Positions 1 to 11,019 of a stretch of DNA of 64,000 nt are shown piece after piece. Location: contig CAWDRR010000002.1 of the NCBI GenBank assembly GCA_963804785.1, positions 119,369-183,368 on the forward strand. Direction: 5' to 3'. Numbering within the stretch: position 1 is the first letter of the stretch; each line of letters begins with the position of its first letter. The notes beneath the pieces were generated by a model. That model did no database searches. It was not told where the DNA came from and saw only the letters and a program-made list of their open reading frames with translations. The position numbers and the translations under genes were made by a program. Source of the stretch: Candidatus Bathyarchaeota archaeon. GTDB taxonomy: Archaea; Thermoproteota; Bathyarchaeia; Bathyarchaeales; Bathycorpusculaceae.

Positions 1-171
1 TGGTCTTATTTCGGTCTTTGGCTTCTAAAATGACAACGTATTGGTATCTCAACTAACAGACACCAATCAATGTCGCACAACAGTTTTTCCAATCAAATTA
101 CTGCTTTTTTTAAGTAACGGTTAAAAGCCAATGATGCGCAGTGATAGTTTAACACCAAAGGTTTGGTAACA

Positions 172-780
172 ATGTCTGCTAAAAATCAACAGAGAAAATT
201 CATTTCAGTTGACCCAGGCAAATGCATTGGATGCGGAATCTGCGAGTACGCTTGCACCGTAGAAAAAGGTGAAAACACTTGGAATCCAATCCGTTCCAGA
301 ATCAGAGTAGTCCGCATGGCACCAGTACTCAACTTTGCATTAACTTGTAGGGGTTGCGATGATGCAAAATGTGTAAAAGCATGTCCGGAACGTGCTCTGT
401 CCCAAGCAGAGGATACAGGCTTACTAATAATTGATGAAAATAAATGTAAAGGTTGCGACTGGTGTGTACAAGCCTGTGACCACGGAGGAATAACTATTCA
501 TGCCGATACAGGAAAGGCAATCGCATGCAATCTTTGTAATGGTGAGCCACAATGTCTTGCTTCTTGTCCCGAAGAAGCTTTAGCAATTGTGAGTTCAGAT
601 GAAGAAGCAGAAAAACGTTTTAACGACTCATTAGCAACATTGTCACAACAAATTGAAAAAATAACAACCAGTATCAAGAATAAGGACTGGAAACCATTTC
701 TAGCTATCGCAGAAAAACGTTCAGGCGTTATTACCGAAAAACTAGAAGCTTTAAACAAGAAAGCAAAGACAAAAAAATAG
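172..780 (+). CDS. 4x[4Fe-4S] electron-transfer protein (DmsB/HydN-like, typical AOR partner) with C-terminal helical extension
   Basis: CIGCGICEYAC, CRGCDDAKCVKACP, CKGCDWCVQAC and CNLCNGEPQCLASCP motifs; ATG at 172 (TTG at 163 is an alternative). Confidence 0.85.
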   Translation: MSAKNQQRKFISVDPGKCIGCGICEYACTVEKGENTWNPIRSRIRVVRMAPVLNFALTCRGCDDAKCVKACPERALSQAEDTGLLIIDENKCKGCDWCVQACDHGGITIHADTGKAIACNLCNGEPQCLASCPEEALAIVSSDEEAEKRFNDSLATLSQQIEKITTSIKNKDWKPFLAIAEKRSGVITEKLEALNKKAKTKK

Positions 781-792
781 AAACAATACTTT

Positions 793-1647
793 TCATACTT
801 TCCTGTTTTCTTCATAACCCCTTAGAAAACTATCGATATCTAACCCGACTTTCTCGCCAACGTAGCCGCCTTCCAAGACAAAAAACGTGGGTTTTTTTAA
901 TTTAGCGACTCTTTTGCCAATTTCAAAGTAATCACTTTCAACTAAACCTAAAGTTGCTAAATCTCCTTGATGAGTATCAAAACCTGCGGATACTGCTACT
1001 GCTTCAAACTTGGCTAAATCAAACATGCCTATCGCTTTGTCAAGTGTTTCCAAGTAACGTTGTCCGCCATAATCGCCTGGCAAAGCGAAATTTATGCAGT
1101 TTCCTTCGGTAAAATCTCCTGTTCCTGGGTAATTAGGTGATTGATGCAGTGAAACATAGGCGATTTTTTCGTCGCCTTGAAAAATTTCTTGCGTGCCGTT
1201 CCCATGGTGTCCATCAATGTCCAATATTAAAGTGCGTTTTCCAGATTCTTTTACAGCTATTGCCATGTTGTTTAGATAGCAGAATCCACGGGTGTAAACA
1301 CCCAAGGCAGCTCCACTTCTACCAACGTGATGTCCAGGAGGACGCATAATTGAAAAACCATTAATTTTGCTGGCTAATAGTGCTCCGCCAACGGAGAGTC
1401 TTGCAAACTCGAAGATGTCTTTATATGCAGGTGTATCTGAATCTTCAACCAACCCTTTCTTTACCTTAAAAAGGTAATCGGCGTCATGAATGCTTAAAAT
1501 TTCATCATCGGTTGCTGGCTTTGGCTCCAAGAACTCATAGCCCTTAGACTTCAAAACATCATGTGCGGCTTTTACTCGTTGGGGTCCTTCAACGTGCCAG
1601 GTGCCATAGCCTAAACATTTTTCTGAATAGACTATTTTTGTTTTCAT
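793..1647 (-). CDS. Histone deacetylase/acetylpolyamine amidohydrolase family protein
   Basis: RPPGHH, GFCYLNN, DIDGHHGNGTQEIF, SAGFD and LEGGY motifs. Confidence 0.92.
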   Translation of the reverse strand: MKTKIVYSEKCLGYGTWHVEGPQRVKAAHDVLKSKGYEFLEPKPATDDEILSIHDADYLFKVKKGLVEDSDTPAYKDIFEFARLSVGGALLASKINGFSIMRPPGHHVGRSGAALGVYTRGFCYLNNMAIAVKESGKRTLILDIDGHHGNGTQEIFQGDEKIAYVSLHQSPNYPGTGDFTEGNCINFALPGDYGGQRYLETLDKAIGMFDLAKFEAVAVSAGFDTHQGDLATLGLVESDYFEIGKRVAKLKKPTFFVLEGGYVGEKVGLDIDSFLRGYEENRKV

Positions 1648-1743
1648 CGCGTGCTGCATGAATTAAACAGATGAATACGCTCACATTTAAAATATAACCT
1701 TTAATCACCCTTTAGCAACCAATAGTAAAAGGAGACTCAGCAT

Positions 1744-3695
1744 GTGGTTTCAGAAAATCCTTTCAATCAATTCCGAAAAGAATGCCAGACTGCATTGGCA
1801 AACGCATTAAAAACAGCCCTGCCCGAAACAAAATATCTGGCTATAACGCTAAGCAAAACACCAAATATCGAATACGGGCAATTAGCATCATCAATCTGTT
1901 TTGAATTGGCAAAGAAACTGGGACAGAAACCACTTTCTTTAGCTAACCAATTGGTCGGAGCCATAGACAAATCAGAATTTAATTTAATCGAGAAGGTTGC
2001 ACCTGCAGGTGCAGGCTACATTAATTTTCATGTTGACTTTGCTAAATTCTCAGCTTTAACTCTGGAATCAATAAAAAAGTTAGGATTAGAATATGGTTTT
2101 ACAAAAACTGACAAGCCAAGAAAAATCATTGTTGAGCACACCAGTGTTAACCCTCTGCATCCAATCCATATAGGACAAGCCAGAAATCCCATGTTGGGTG
2201 ATGCGTTAGCTCGAATTCTCAAGTACAGGGGACATGAAGTTTCACGCCATTACTACATTGATGATGTAGGAAGACAATCATCGGTTGTGGCTTACGGTTA
2301 CGCTAAACTGGGGAAACCGAAACCCACCGAGAAAACTGACCTCTTTGTGGGAAAAATCTACACAGTAACTAGTTGCATAGTTGAGATTAACCGACTCAAA
2401 AAAACACGAGAAGGCGCAATTGCCATACATAATGCAGATGACTTAGAGAAAGCAAACAAGCAAATAGACGAATGGATGGTGATTGCAGCTGAACTTAAAG
2501 AAAAGTATCCAGTACTTTTTGAGGCGTTAACGGTACAAATTAGCCAAGACGAAAATCCTGAGGAAGAGATCAAGCATCTAAACTGTGCTTATGAGAACGG
2601 CGAACCTAACGCAAAACAGCTAATACGCGAGGTCAGTGATTTATGCCTTGAAGGCTTCCGCGAAACCATGAAGACGAGTTGGTGTAACTTATGATTCTTG
2701 GGATTGGGAAAGCGATTTTGTGTGGAGTACTCAAGTGAACGATGTTTTGGAAAAGCTCAAGGATTCACAGTTTGTTTCTAATGAAAACGGTGTCTTAGTG
2801 TTTGACGCAGAGAAAGTGGTGCAAACCCTCGACTTGAAGGGTAAACTGGGTTTAAGCGAAAACAATGAGGTTTCCCCGTTAACTCTTGGACGCGCTGACG
2901 GAACAACACTCTACACCACTCGTGACATTGCTTACACACTCTGGAAGTTTAAGCACGCGCAAAAAGTCATAAACGTAATCGGTATGGAACAGTCATTGGC
3001 TCAGTTGCAGCTAAAAATAGCGCTTTATGCAATGGGTAATGCTGAATATGCCCAAAATCTGGTGCATTTCGCTTATAACTTGGTTACTTTGCCAGGTTAC
3101 AAGATGAGCAGCAGAAGAGGTCACTACATCACGTTCGACGAAGTTTTGACTGAGGCGGTTCAAAGGGCTTACGAAGAAGTTTCGAAGCGTTCACCCTTGC
3201 TTTCAGAAGAGGAAAAACGCAAAATCGCGGATTTTGTAGGTTTAGGATCGGTTCGCTATGCACTTGTGGATGTTGATCCATCCAAAACAGTGGTTTTTAC
3301 ATGGGATCGCGTGCTAAATTTTGAGACTAACAGTGCACCATATGTTCAGTATACTCATGCAAGGGCCTGTAGCATCCTTCGAAAGGTCGCATGTGAACCC
3401 GAAAAACCATCTTTTGAATTACTTACCGAAAAGCTGGAGCATGAACTTGTCTTAAACATAGCCAGTTTCCCAGACATGTTCATTGAAGCCACAGAGTATC
3501 TTAAACCAAACATGATAGCCGACTACACCAACATGCTTAGCCGACAAATTTAACACATTCTACAATGCATTACCCGTAATAAAGGCTGATTCAAAAGAGC
3601 TCAGTGATGCACGAATTACTTTGACGAGAGCTATCCAGATTGTAATGCAAAATGCATTGAATCTGATTGGTGTGGTTGCACCAGAAAAAATGTAG
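1744..3695 (+). CDS. argS: Arginyl-tRNA synthetase (two apparent +1 frameshifts, at ~2674 and ~3539)
   Basis: VEHTSVNP..HIGQARN (HIGH), YTTRDIAY, KMSSRRG, PYVQYTHARACSIL, C-terminal APEKM; split over ORFs 1744-2694, 2720-3553 and a tail to TAG at 3693-3695. Confidence 0.93.
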
Positions 3696-3871
3696 CTCCA
3701 GACTGTTATGAACAGAATCTATGTTTTTTAGTTTTATCTTTTTTTTATTCTTATCGCCACTCCAATTTGCTGAAGGCCCACAAAAAAAGTAGCTCACTCC
3801 GATTTGGCCAATCTGAAAAGAAAGTCAATCAAGTCTGGAAAAACATCAGACTACTTTTAGTTAAAAATAGA

Positions 3872-4174
3872 TTAGGCACCAAGCTCTGTAGATTGAATTG
3901 GGGTTGGGGGCACTTCTTCATCTTCTTCTACTTCAACACTTTCTTTACCGACACCCCGCAAAACGTATGCAATCACCAGCGAAACCACAGTTAAAAACAT
4001 GTACGGAAACACATTTGACAAAATAGAAAGCACCACATAATCAATTGGTGGAGTTGCGGTCGCATTAACTATTTGAATAAGGCTGTATGTTACAATAACT
4101 AATATAACCGTAAATACTGCGGAGACTGCTCCAAAATAAGTGGCTGCTTTTTCTACGATTTTTAATGTGTTCAT
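3872..4174 (-). CDS. Small two-TM membrane protein with acidic tail
   Basis: Two hydrophobic stretches and an ESVEVEEDEE tail; ATG start. Confidence 0.6.
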   Translation of the reverse strand: MNTLKIVEKAATYFGAVSAVFTVILVIVTYSLIQIVNATATPPIDYVVLSILSNVFPYMFLTVVSLVIAYVLRGVGKESVEVEEDEEVPPTPIQSTELGA

Positions 4175-4333
4175 GATTATGTACTGTCCGCTTTTTATGA
4201 GTCGATGTCTATCTTTAAGTTATGCTCTAAGTACTTAAAAGTAAGAGTTAGGTAACTTGCTATCACTAGAGGATTTTCACTTTTTAAGGTAGATTTTTTA
4301 AAGATAACGCCGTCTAAAAATAAGGCAGTGCAC

Positions 4334-5008
4334 ATGGGTAAAGTATGGGTAATAACTAAGAAAATCTTTAGTGTCTCATTAGTTTTTAATGCCTTGTTAA
4401 CCATCGGCTGCATAAGTGGTATCTTGGCTGGATTCTACTGGTACTACTACGATTGGCACCCGTTTTCACCATACTTAATCAGCGGCAACCTATTTGGGCT
4501 CGCAATCGTTGCTTCTATAATCAACATTTTCCCAAGTGCTGGAATCGGCCGCTCTTTGCATACTGGTAGATTTCTATTCCATCATTATTTCTATGGTTTC
4601 ATGGTTCTGGTTTGCGCGGTCTTTTACATTGTATTTTTTGCTCAAATTTCTCTGTTGACAATTTTTCTTGTGAATGACACAAGTGTCCAAGTTAATGTAG
4701 GTAGATTCTTTATTTTGGGAGGATTGACACTTGTTTTGGATGACCTTCCCGATGTTCATACAAAGCTGGATTCGGGATTAAACTGGCTAAAAAGCAAGGT
4801 TGGGCAAGGCGCCCGATTTGTTTCTGTGGTCCAATTGATAATGGGAGCAGTTTCTCTCTACATTTTCTTTGCTGTTACTCTTTCAGTTTATACGACACCA
4901 GAATACGTTACTGTTGCCAATCTATTATTGATCGGCACACTTTTTATCACAAGTATAACATCATTTATTTTCGTGAGAAGACAAGTTTGGCAGAAGATTT
5001 CAGATTAG
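4334..5008 (+). CDS. Polytopic membrane protein of unknown function
   Basis: About 6 TM segments; GRFLFHHYFYG and LVLDDLPD motifs look conserved. Confidence 0.7.
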   Translation: MGKVWVITKKIFSVSLVFNALLTIGCISGILAGFYWYYYDWHPFSPYLISGNLFGLAIVASIINIFPSAGIGRSLHTGRFLFHHYFYGFMVLVCAVFYIVFFAQISLLTIFLVNDTSVQVNVGRFFILGGLTLVLDDLPDVHTKLDSGLNWLKSKVGQGARFVSVVQLIMGAVSLYIFFAVTLSVYTTPEYVTVANLLLIGTLFITSITSFIFVRRQVWQKISD

Positions 5009-5101
5009 GCAATACTCACTTGGTATTCTATACTTTGTAGCTATTCTTGCAATAACAAATTTCATATACAAGCCCAATAACTTAAAACGAGGTGCACATT
5101 A

Positions 5102-6169
5102 ATGAGCGATTCATACTTTAAAAAGAAACTTGAACCAATCAAAGTTACAAAACAGAAATCAATTTCTCAACTCCTAAAAGAAATGGGGAAGACCGCCTAC
5201 CAAGGAAGAAAACTTGGTGAAGCAGTTGACGTTTGGGAAAACATGATTAAAGAAAAAGATACCGTAATTGCTTTGGGTTTTGCAGGCTCCATGAGTACAG
5301 CGGGGCAATGGACAATAATTAATTGGCTAATCGAAAATCGTTTCATAGACGTGTTAGTTTCAACAGGTGCAAACGTCTCAGAAGACATCGTTGACGCTAT
5401 GGGTTTTGGCTACTATCAGGGCAGTCACATGGCAAATGATGAACAGCTACTACATGACGACGTCAACCGATACTACGATGTCTACGGCAAAGAAACAGAT
5501 TATCGTAAAATGGAAGAAGTCGTCACCGATTTCGTCATGACATGCAAACAGGATTACAATTACACATCCGCAGAGTTCCTCTATTTACTGGGCAAGTATC
5601 TGAGCAAGAAAAAGATTCCCGCCATCTCCGCAGTTGCTGCAGCAAACGGCGTTCCAATATTCAGCCCGGCTATGGTTGACAGCGCTTATGGAGAAACATT
5701 CCTCTTAGCCAAAAACCAAGGACACAACGTTGTCATTGACTCTGTTAAAGAATTTGACCAGTTTGTTAGCATAGGTACAAAAACCAAGGAAGTTGGCGTA
5801 GTTTACATCGGTGGTGGAGTTCCCAAAGACCTTACCCAACTAATTGCTATCTCAGTTTCACCGTTCACGTGTGATGAAGGTGTTAAAGGTAGAAAAGGAG
5901 GTTTGCGCAAAGGTCTGCAAGAGTACTATTACCCTCACAAATACGCCATACAAATCACAACTGATTCACCACAATGGGGTGGTTTATCTGGCTGTACATT
6001 AGAGGAGGCTATTAGCTGGGGTAAAATTAACAGCCAAACAGGCACGCGTGCAGTTGTTTACTGCGACGCAACAATAGCGTTGCCACTAATTTGCCACGCA
6101 CTAGCTGAGCGTGTACCGGAAAAACGGAAAGGGCCAGATATGCGTTGGCTATTCAAAGGCGTGCAGTAA
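5102..6169 (+). CDS. Deoxyhypusine synthase-like protein (possible homospermidine-forming clade)
   Basis: STGAN, GGGVPKD, TTDSPQWGGLSGCTLEEAISWGK, CDATIALP. Confidence 0.88.
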   Translation: MSDSYFKKKLEPIKVTKQKSISQLLKEMGKTAYQGRKLGEAVDVWENMIKEKDTVIALGFAGSMSTAGQWTIINWLIENRFIDVLVSTGANVSEDIVDAMGFGYYQGSHMANDEQLLHDDVNRYYDVYGKETDYRKMEEVVTDFVMTCKQDYNYTSAEFLYLLGKYLSKKKIPAISAVAAANGVPIFSPAMVDSAYGETFLLAKNQGHNVVIDSVKEFDQFVSIGTKTKEVGVVYIGGGVPKDLTQLIAISVSPFTCDEGVKGRKGGLRKGLQEYYYPHKYAIQITTDSPQWGGLSGCTLEEAISWGKINSQTGTRAVVYCDATIALPLICHALAERVPEKRKGPDMRWLFKGVQ

Positions 6170-6181
6170 ACGCCTAATTCT

Positions 6182-7144
6182 TCATTTTTGTTTCTTGTTT
6201 AGTCTTGTGAGCAGCGAGCTTGTAATTATCGGCATTATTATTGTTGCGTCGCCTTCAATCATTATTTGTTTAGCTTTTTCGTTGATTTTTCCCCAGGATA
6301 CTGCTTCGCGGGGGCGCGCGCCGCTTAAGCTTCCATCCCATTCGTCTGCAGTTGTAATGTATACGACATAGTCTAAGCCGTCTTTGAATTGGTTCCACCA
6401 AATTGTGTGGTGCTTGCTGATTCCGCCGCCGACGATGAGTGCTCCGCTTTTCTTCGCGTCAAAAACGATGTTGTTGAGGTCATCTTCATCTTTCAGTAGG
6501 TTTATTCTGAAATCCTTATGGTCTTGGCTGAAGAACCAAAGTTGGTAGCCTACTGCGCCGTCTGTAATACCCGGAACGAAGACTGGAATGTTGTTTTTAG
6601 CTGCCCAATAGAGAATTGATGTATCGTCGCAACAGCGTAGACCGATTTCGCGGGCAAGTTCACTTGTTGAAAGCTCCTTTTTGCCTTCTCTATAAAGCTC
6701 CTCAAGCAACCCTATGATTTTCTTTTCTATAACTGTGCCGTAACTGTCGTTTGGGACAAGTACGTTTCCAAGTCGGTTTACTCCTTCTTGGTGAAGTTTA
6801 GAATCGTTCATAATGAAGCTGCCTTTGTAGTAGTCTTTGACACACCGTGCCACATCATGGTCTAGTGTTCCGCAGGTTGTGATTATTACGTCTACGAGTC
6901 TGCGTTTAACGAGTTCTCTTATTACACCGCGTGTACCAGTGGCTACTATGTCGGCTGTGAATGAAAGGAATTTTACACATTCTTTGTCGTTGATCATTTC
7001 TTCCATGATGTTGACACCTGTTGCAAGTTTGCCGGCGGTGAAACCCCAAGCTGCATCCATCTGCACAACTAGCTCATCAACAGATAATTCCTTTGAAAAA
7101 TCGTAATCTTTTACGGGTACCTTATGCGATGCTTCTTCATACAT
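6182..7144 (-). CDS. dys: Deoxyhypusine synthase (canonical archaeal type)
   Basis: TTCGTLDHD, GGGISKHH, DGSLSGARPREAVSWGK with catalytic Lys. Confidence 0.92.
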   Translation of the reverse strand: MYEEASHKVPVKDYDFSKELSVDELVVQMDAAWGFTAGKLATGVNIMEEMINDKECVKFLSFTADIVATGTRGVIRELVKRRLVDVIITTCGTLDHDVARCVKDYYKGSFIMNDSKLHQEGVNRLGNVLVPNDSYGTVIEKKIIGLLEELYREGKKELSTSELAREIGLRCCDDTSILYWAAKNNIPVFVPGITDGAVGYQLWFFSQDHKDFRINLLKDEDDLNNIVFDAKKSGALIVGGGISKHHTIWWNQFKDGLDYVVYITTADEWDGSLSGARPREAVSWGKINEKAKQIMIEGDATIIMPIITSSLLTRLNKKQK

Positions 7145-7210
7145 ACCTAATTACTCCTACATCAACTTTGATACTAAAAATTGGAATAAATAGGTGTCGA
7201 AATGCGATAG

Positions 7211-8091
7211 TTAGTAGGCTAGGTAATCTATGATTCTCTGGTAAATGTCTTTATCCATCGAGTCTTCGTAGCCGGCGTAGATGCTTGGGTTATCGTTGAT
7301 TTCTACTACCACGTAGTCGCCGTTGACTTCTTTGATGTCCACACCATAAAGTCCTTTTCCCGCTACGCTGCACGCCTTAAGTGCTACTTCACGGAGTCTT
7401 GCAGGCATGTCACGTTTCTCTGAACTTACAGTTCTACCCCAAACAACTGTTGGTTTACCGCGAAGTTTAGCGCCGTGTTTCCATTTACCCTTTGGAATCA
7501 TGTATTTGCAGACATACAAAATATCGTTGTTGAGTACGCCTACTCTCCAATCAAAACCTGTTGGAGTGAATTTTTGAATAGCTAAAACATCGGATTTTTT
7601 GAAGAAACGTTTGGCGACATCTCGGAAGCTGGTTTCGCAAGCAGCCTTCTCAACATAACGTGAGAAGCTTGTGTAGGGTGCTTTAATGACTACGGGTTTG
7701 CCTAGTTCTTCAAAGATTTCGCTGATTTTTTTGTGATGCAAATCATCTTTGTTTAGGAAAACGGTTGGGATGTGGGGGACGTTGTATTTTTCAAAGAGTG
7801 CGTATTGGTGGATTTTGTTGCCGCAGATTTTGATTGATTCGGGGTCATCAACGACTTTTAAGCCCAGTTCCCAAGCGGTTTTTGATACGATGTATGATGT
7901 GAAGAGGGGGTCAGTGGTTGCCCTAATAAAGACCGCGTCGTAATTTGGAATGTCTTCAATGTTTTCGCGGAAAAGAAAACTAAATTCGTTTCCTGATTTG
8001 TTCAGCCGCAAGTTTAAAGTTTTGTAGGGCGGCTTCCCTCTCTGTGGTCAGTGAAATTATATTTCTCAACAAAGCAAGCGATCTTAGACAC
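7211..8091 (-). CDS. RimK-family ATP-grasp ligase (5' end broken by apparent indels at ~8000-8040)
   Basis: VIKAP, DWRVGVL, GLYGVDIKE, EINDNP; upstream GTG 8091 reads SKIACFVEKYNF and overlaps the RLAN gene stop. Confidence 0.85.
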
Positions 8092-8779
8092 CGATATGTT
8101 CACCCTGCTGAGAAATCAGCATAATCTCCTTCGAGATTAACTTCAAATCATTCTTAGATAGCTCCGTTTCTTTCATTGGTTCAAGACCACACAGGAACGC
8201 TTTTCCCTCTGTTTTTTGAACATGAACTTTGCAGATGGGAATCTTGAAAAGTTCATAAACCTTTTGCGTGATAGCGCTAATTTGCTCATCCTCGATTTGG
8301 CATTTTCCGAAAAACGATTTGACTGTGAATATTTCGCCAGTTAAAGGCTGAGCACAAACAGTAAATTTGTAGTTCATCCCTAAACTCTTCAAAGCCCTAT
8401 ACAATGCGCTCTTGTTCTTGGCAACTTCATAACCCTCGTAAATGAATGGGTTAACAGCAAAAACTACAACTGGCAATTTGAGTTCAGTCATAATTTTTTT
8501 AACTGAATCAGTAACAAGGAACGGCAAAGTTGGTATGTTTGCTCTTTTTGCGCGCAATAAAAGAATAGGTGTTCGGCTTGAATCAATAATGTTTTCACAT
8601 GATGGAATAACGTTGTTGCCTAAAACTTCTGCATGCAATGACACATAATAACCTGTTTTTAGGTATCGATACTCGTTATTGATGTTGATGGTGGTGTCTT
8701 TAATCGTTGATTCAAGAAACTGTGAAGGTTTTAGAGCTTTAAGCTCATCTGTAAGGTCGAAGTTAGAGACGACCAACAC
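8084..8779 (-). CDS. RimK-like ATP-grasp N-terminal (RLAN) domain protein
   Basis: YRYLKTGYYVSLHAEVLGNNVIPS matches the RLAN GYYxSLxAE..G..xIP pattern. Confidence 0.8.
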   Translation of the reverse strand: MLVVSNFDLTDELKALKPSQFLESTIKDTTININNEYRYLKTGYYVSLHAEVLGNNVIPSCENIIDSSRTPILLLRAKRANIPTLPFLVTDSVKKIMTELKLPVVVFAVNPFIYEGYEVAKNKSALYRALKSLGMNYKFTVCAQPLTGEIFTVKSFFGKCQIEDEQISAITQKVYELFKIPICKVHVQKTEGKAFLCGLEPMKETELSKNDLKLISKEIMLISQQGEHIGV

Positions 8780-8908
8780 TCATAGTGCACCAGTCAATTA
8801 GAAGCCGTTATTCGTAGAGCTATATTTAAAATTAACTATACATAATAACAGATCTCAAGTTAACGTTACTTAAAAAGAGAGGCAAAATCAACGTATAAAC
8901 CGCTTGAA

Positions 8909-10078
8909 GTGCTCGGACCAGAACACGAATACTCGCTCGTAGACAAGTGCCTAATTCCCTTGGCAATTAGCGATAATATCATCAAAGATTATTGTGGAAA
9001 AATAATTAACTTCATAGAATTACCTTCATTCACTTTTGGTAAAGAAATGCAACTACATGTAATGGAAATTAAAGCCAATCAACCGTTCAAAACACCTTAT
9101 GAATTTGAAGAAACAATGCAAACCGCCGTTTCAACCCTAAGTCAAATTGTGCAAAAACACGGTGCTATGCTACTTGGAACAGGGATGCACCCCCTCTTAA
9201 AACTTCAGGACACTGGAATCTGGTCTCATTACCACAAAAAGATATACCAGCAATATGGCAAAATCTTCAACTTAAACCAGCACGGATGGTTAAACATCCA
9301 GAGCTTCCACCTGAATTTGCCCTTCCAAAAAGATGAAGACGCAATCCAAACACATAACCAACTCGCAAATCTTTGCGCTTATTTGCCGGCAATCTCCGCT
9401 TCTTCACCAATCTATGAAGGCAAAAATGGTTCAGACATTGATAATCGCTTGCAGTTCTATAAGGTAAACCAGAAAGAAGTTCCAACTATAAGTGGAGAAG
9501 TCATCCCCGAATATGTGACCTCATTTAATCAGTACAAAAGAGACGTTATTGAGCGGTACTCACAGAATTTAGCTAACTTGGGTGCAGACAAAACTTTGCT
9601 TCACAGAGAATGGGTTAATTCAAGAGGCATAATTTTTCGTTTTGACCGATGTGCTCTTGAAGTTCGGGTGATTGATGAGCAGGAGTGTATAAAGTCGGAT
9701 GTGGCGTTGTCTTGTTTTGTCCGTGCTGCGCTTAGAGGTTTAATTGCTTCAAATGTTGAACTTCTGTCTCATGATGTTTTAGTTAAGGATTTCAATAATG
9801 TCATTAAGGAGGGCTTAAACGCACCGGTCTCGAATCAACATGGAAAGACAGCAAGACAAGTTTGTCAGTACTATCTCAAAATAGCTATGGAACATGCAAC
9901 TGAAGATGAGAAAAAGTATTTGTGGCTTGTCAAGAAACGTATTGAAGAAGGCAACCTCTCAGAACTTATTCGTGAAAGAGTTTTGAGACGCGCCCAAAAA
10001 ACAAGTTTCCATCAATCTATCATCGATGTTTATTCAACTCTTATTAAGTGCCTTATTGATAATCAACCCTACCTCTAA
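8909..10078 (+). CDS. Glutamate-cysteine ligase family 2 (GCS2) protein
   Basis: GPEHEY, GTGMHP, HGWLNIQSFHLNLP, SASSP, NSRG..RFDR..LEVRVIDEQE. Confidence 0.88.
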   Translation: MLGPEHEYSLVDKCLIPLAISDNIIKDYCGKIINFIELPSFTFGKEMQLHVMEIKANQPFKTPYEFEETMQTAVSTLSQIVQKHGAMLLGTGMHPLLKLQDTGIWSHYHKKIYQQYGKIFNLNQHGWLNIQSFHLNLPFQKDEDAIQTHNQLANLCAYLPAISASSPIYEGKNGSDIDNRLQFYKVNQKEVPTISGEVIPEYVTSFNQYKRDVIERYSQNLANLGADKTLLHREWVNSRGIIFRFDRCALEVRVIDEQECIKSDVALSCFVRAALRGLIASNVELLSHDVLVKDFNNVIKEGLNAPVSNQHGKTARQVCQYYLKIAMEHATEDEKKYLWLVKKRIEEGNLSELIRERVLRRAQKTSFHQSIIDVYSTLIKCLIDNQPYL

Positions 10079-10080
10079 GA

Positions 10081-10635
10081 ATGGTTGATAAAATGCCGGA
10101 AGACAACAAAGGAACAACTTTCTCATATAACATATGTAGCGAATGCAAAATTATCTGTTGCCAAGACGCTAAACCACCAGTAAGTGAGAGCCGAAAAAAA
10201 ATAATAAAAGACTATTTGCAGAAACAGAAAATAAACATTATTTCGCCTTTCACCAAAGAAAATTATTCTTACCCATCAGTGGATGAAAGTCTTCTTTGCA
10301 AGTTTAACAACAAAGAAACCAAGAAATGTGTTGTTCATTCAGTTAAGCCTGAAACATGTCGAGCTGGACCAATTACCTTCGACATTAATTTTAAGACTAA
10401 GAAAGTCGAGTATTTCTTGAAAAAATCAGAGATCTGTGCTTATGCAGGTGAATTATATAAGAATAAATCCGCATTCAAAGATCATTTTGAAGTTGCCAAG
10501 AAAGAAATTATGCGGCTAGTCAAAGAATTGGATGCGAATGAGTTGAGGGAGCTTACAAAAATTGAAGAACCTCAAACATTCAAAGTTGGCGAAGAGGATT
10601 TGCCCTTTGAAGTGGTTAAGAAACTTGGTTTATAA
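10081..10635 (+). CDS. YkgJ-family (CxxCxxCC) cysteine cluster protein
   Basis: CSECKIICC, CKF, CVVH.VKPETCRAGP. Confidence 0.85.
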   Translation: MVDKMPEDNKGTTFSYNICSECKIICCQDAKPPVSESRKKIIKDYLQKQKINIISPFTKENYSYPSVDESLLCKFNNKETKKCVVHSVKPETCRAGPITFDINFKTKKVEYFLKKSEICAYAGELYKNKSAFKDHFEVAKKEIMRLVKELDANELRELTKIEEPQTFKVGEEDLPFEVVKKLGL

Positions 10636-10959
10636 AAAACCAGCATCTCTTAGTTTAAGTGCTACGCCAATGTCGCCTTTAAAATGAACTTTTCCTGTGA
10701 AGAAGGCTTTTTCAGCACTTAATTTGCCGTTAACCATATCCATGAAATCATTCTCGTTCATTTTCAATGTTAATGTGGGCGTTGCATGGGTTCCCTCGGT
10801 GACCTGAATTTTCTGGTCTTTTAATATAACCGTCCAGTTCCCGCCTTCGGGTCCTGTTACATTTAATTGCGTTATGACGCTGATGCCTACTGCTTTTTCT
10901 GGTTTAAACCTAGCAGGTAGAGCTTTTTCGAAGAATTCTTTGGGTGTATTTGTCTCCAT
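10630..10959 (-). CDS. SCP2 sterol/lipid-binding domain protein
   Basis: GGNWTV, DFMDMVNGKLSAEKAFFTGKVHFKGD. Confidence 0.85.
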   Translation of the reverse strand: METNTPKEFFEKALPARFKPEKAVGISVITQLNVTGPEGGNWTVILKDQKIQVTEGTHATPTLTLKMNENDFMDMVNGKLSAEKAFFTGKVHFKGDIGVALKLRDAGFL

Positions 10960-11019
10960 GATCTCAGCCCGTTGATTTTCAAACATTTTACACAATTGGG
11001 TTATTGAACGTTTGGTAAC

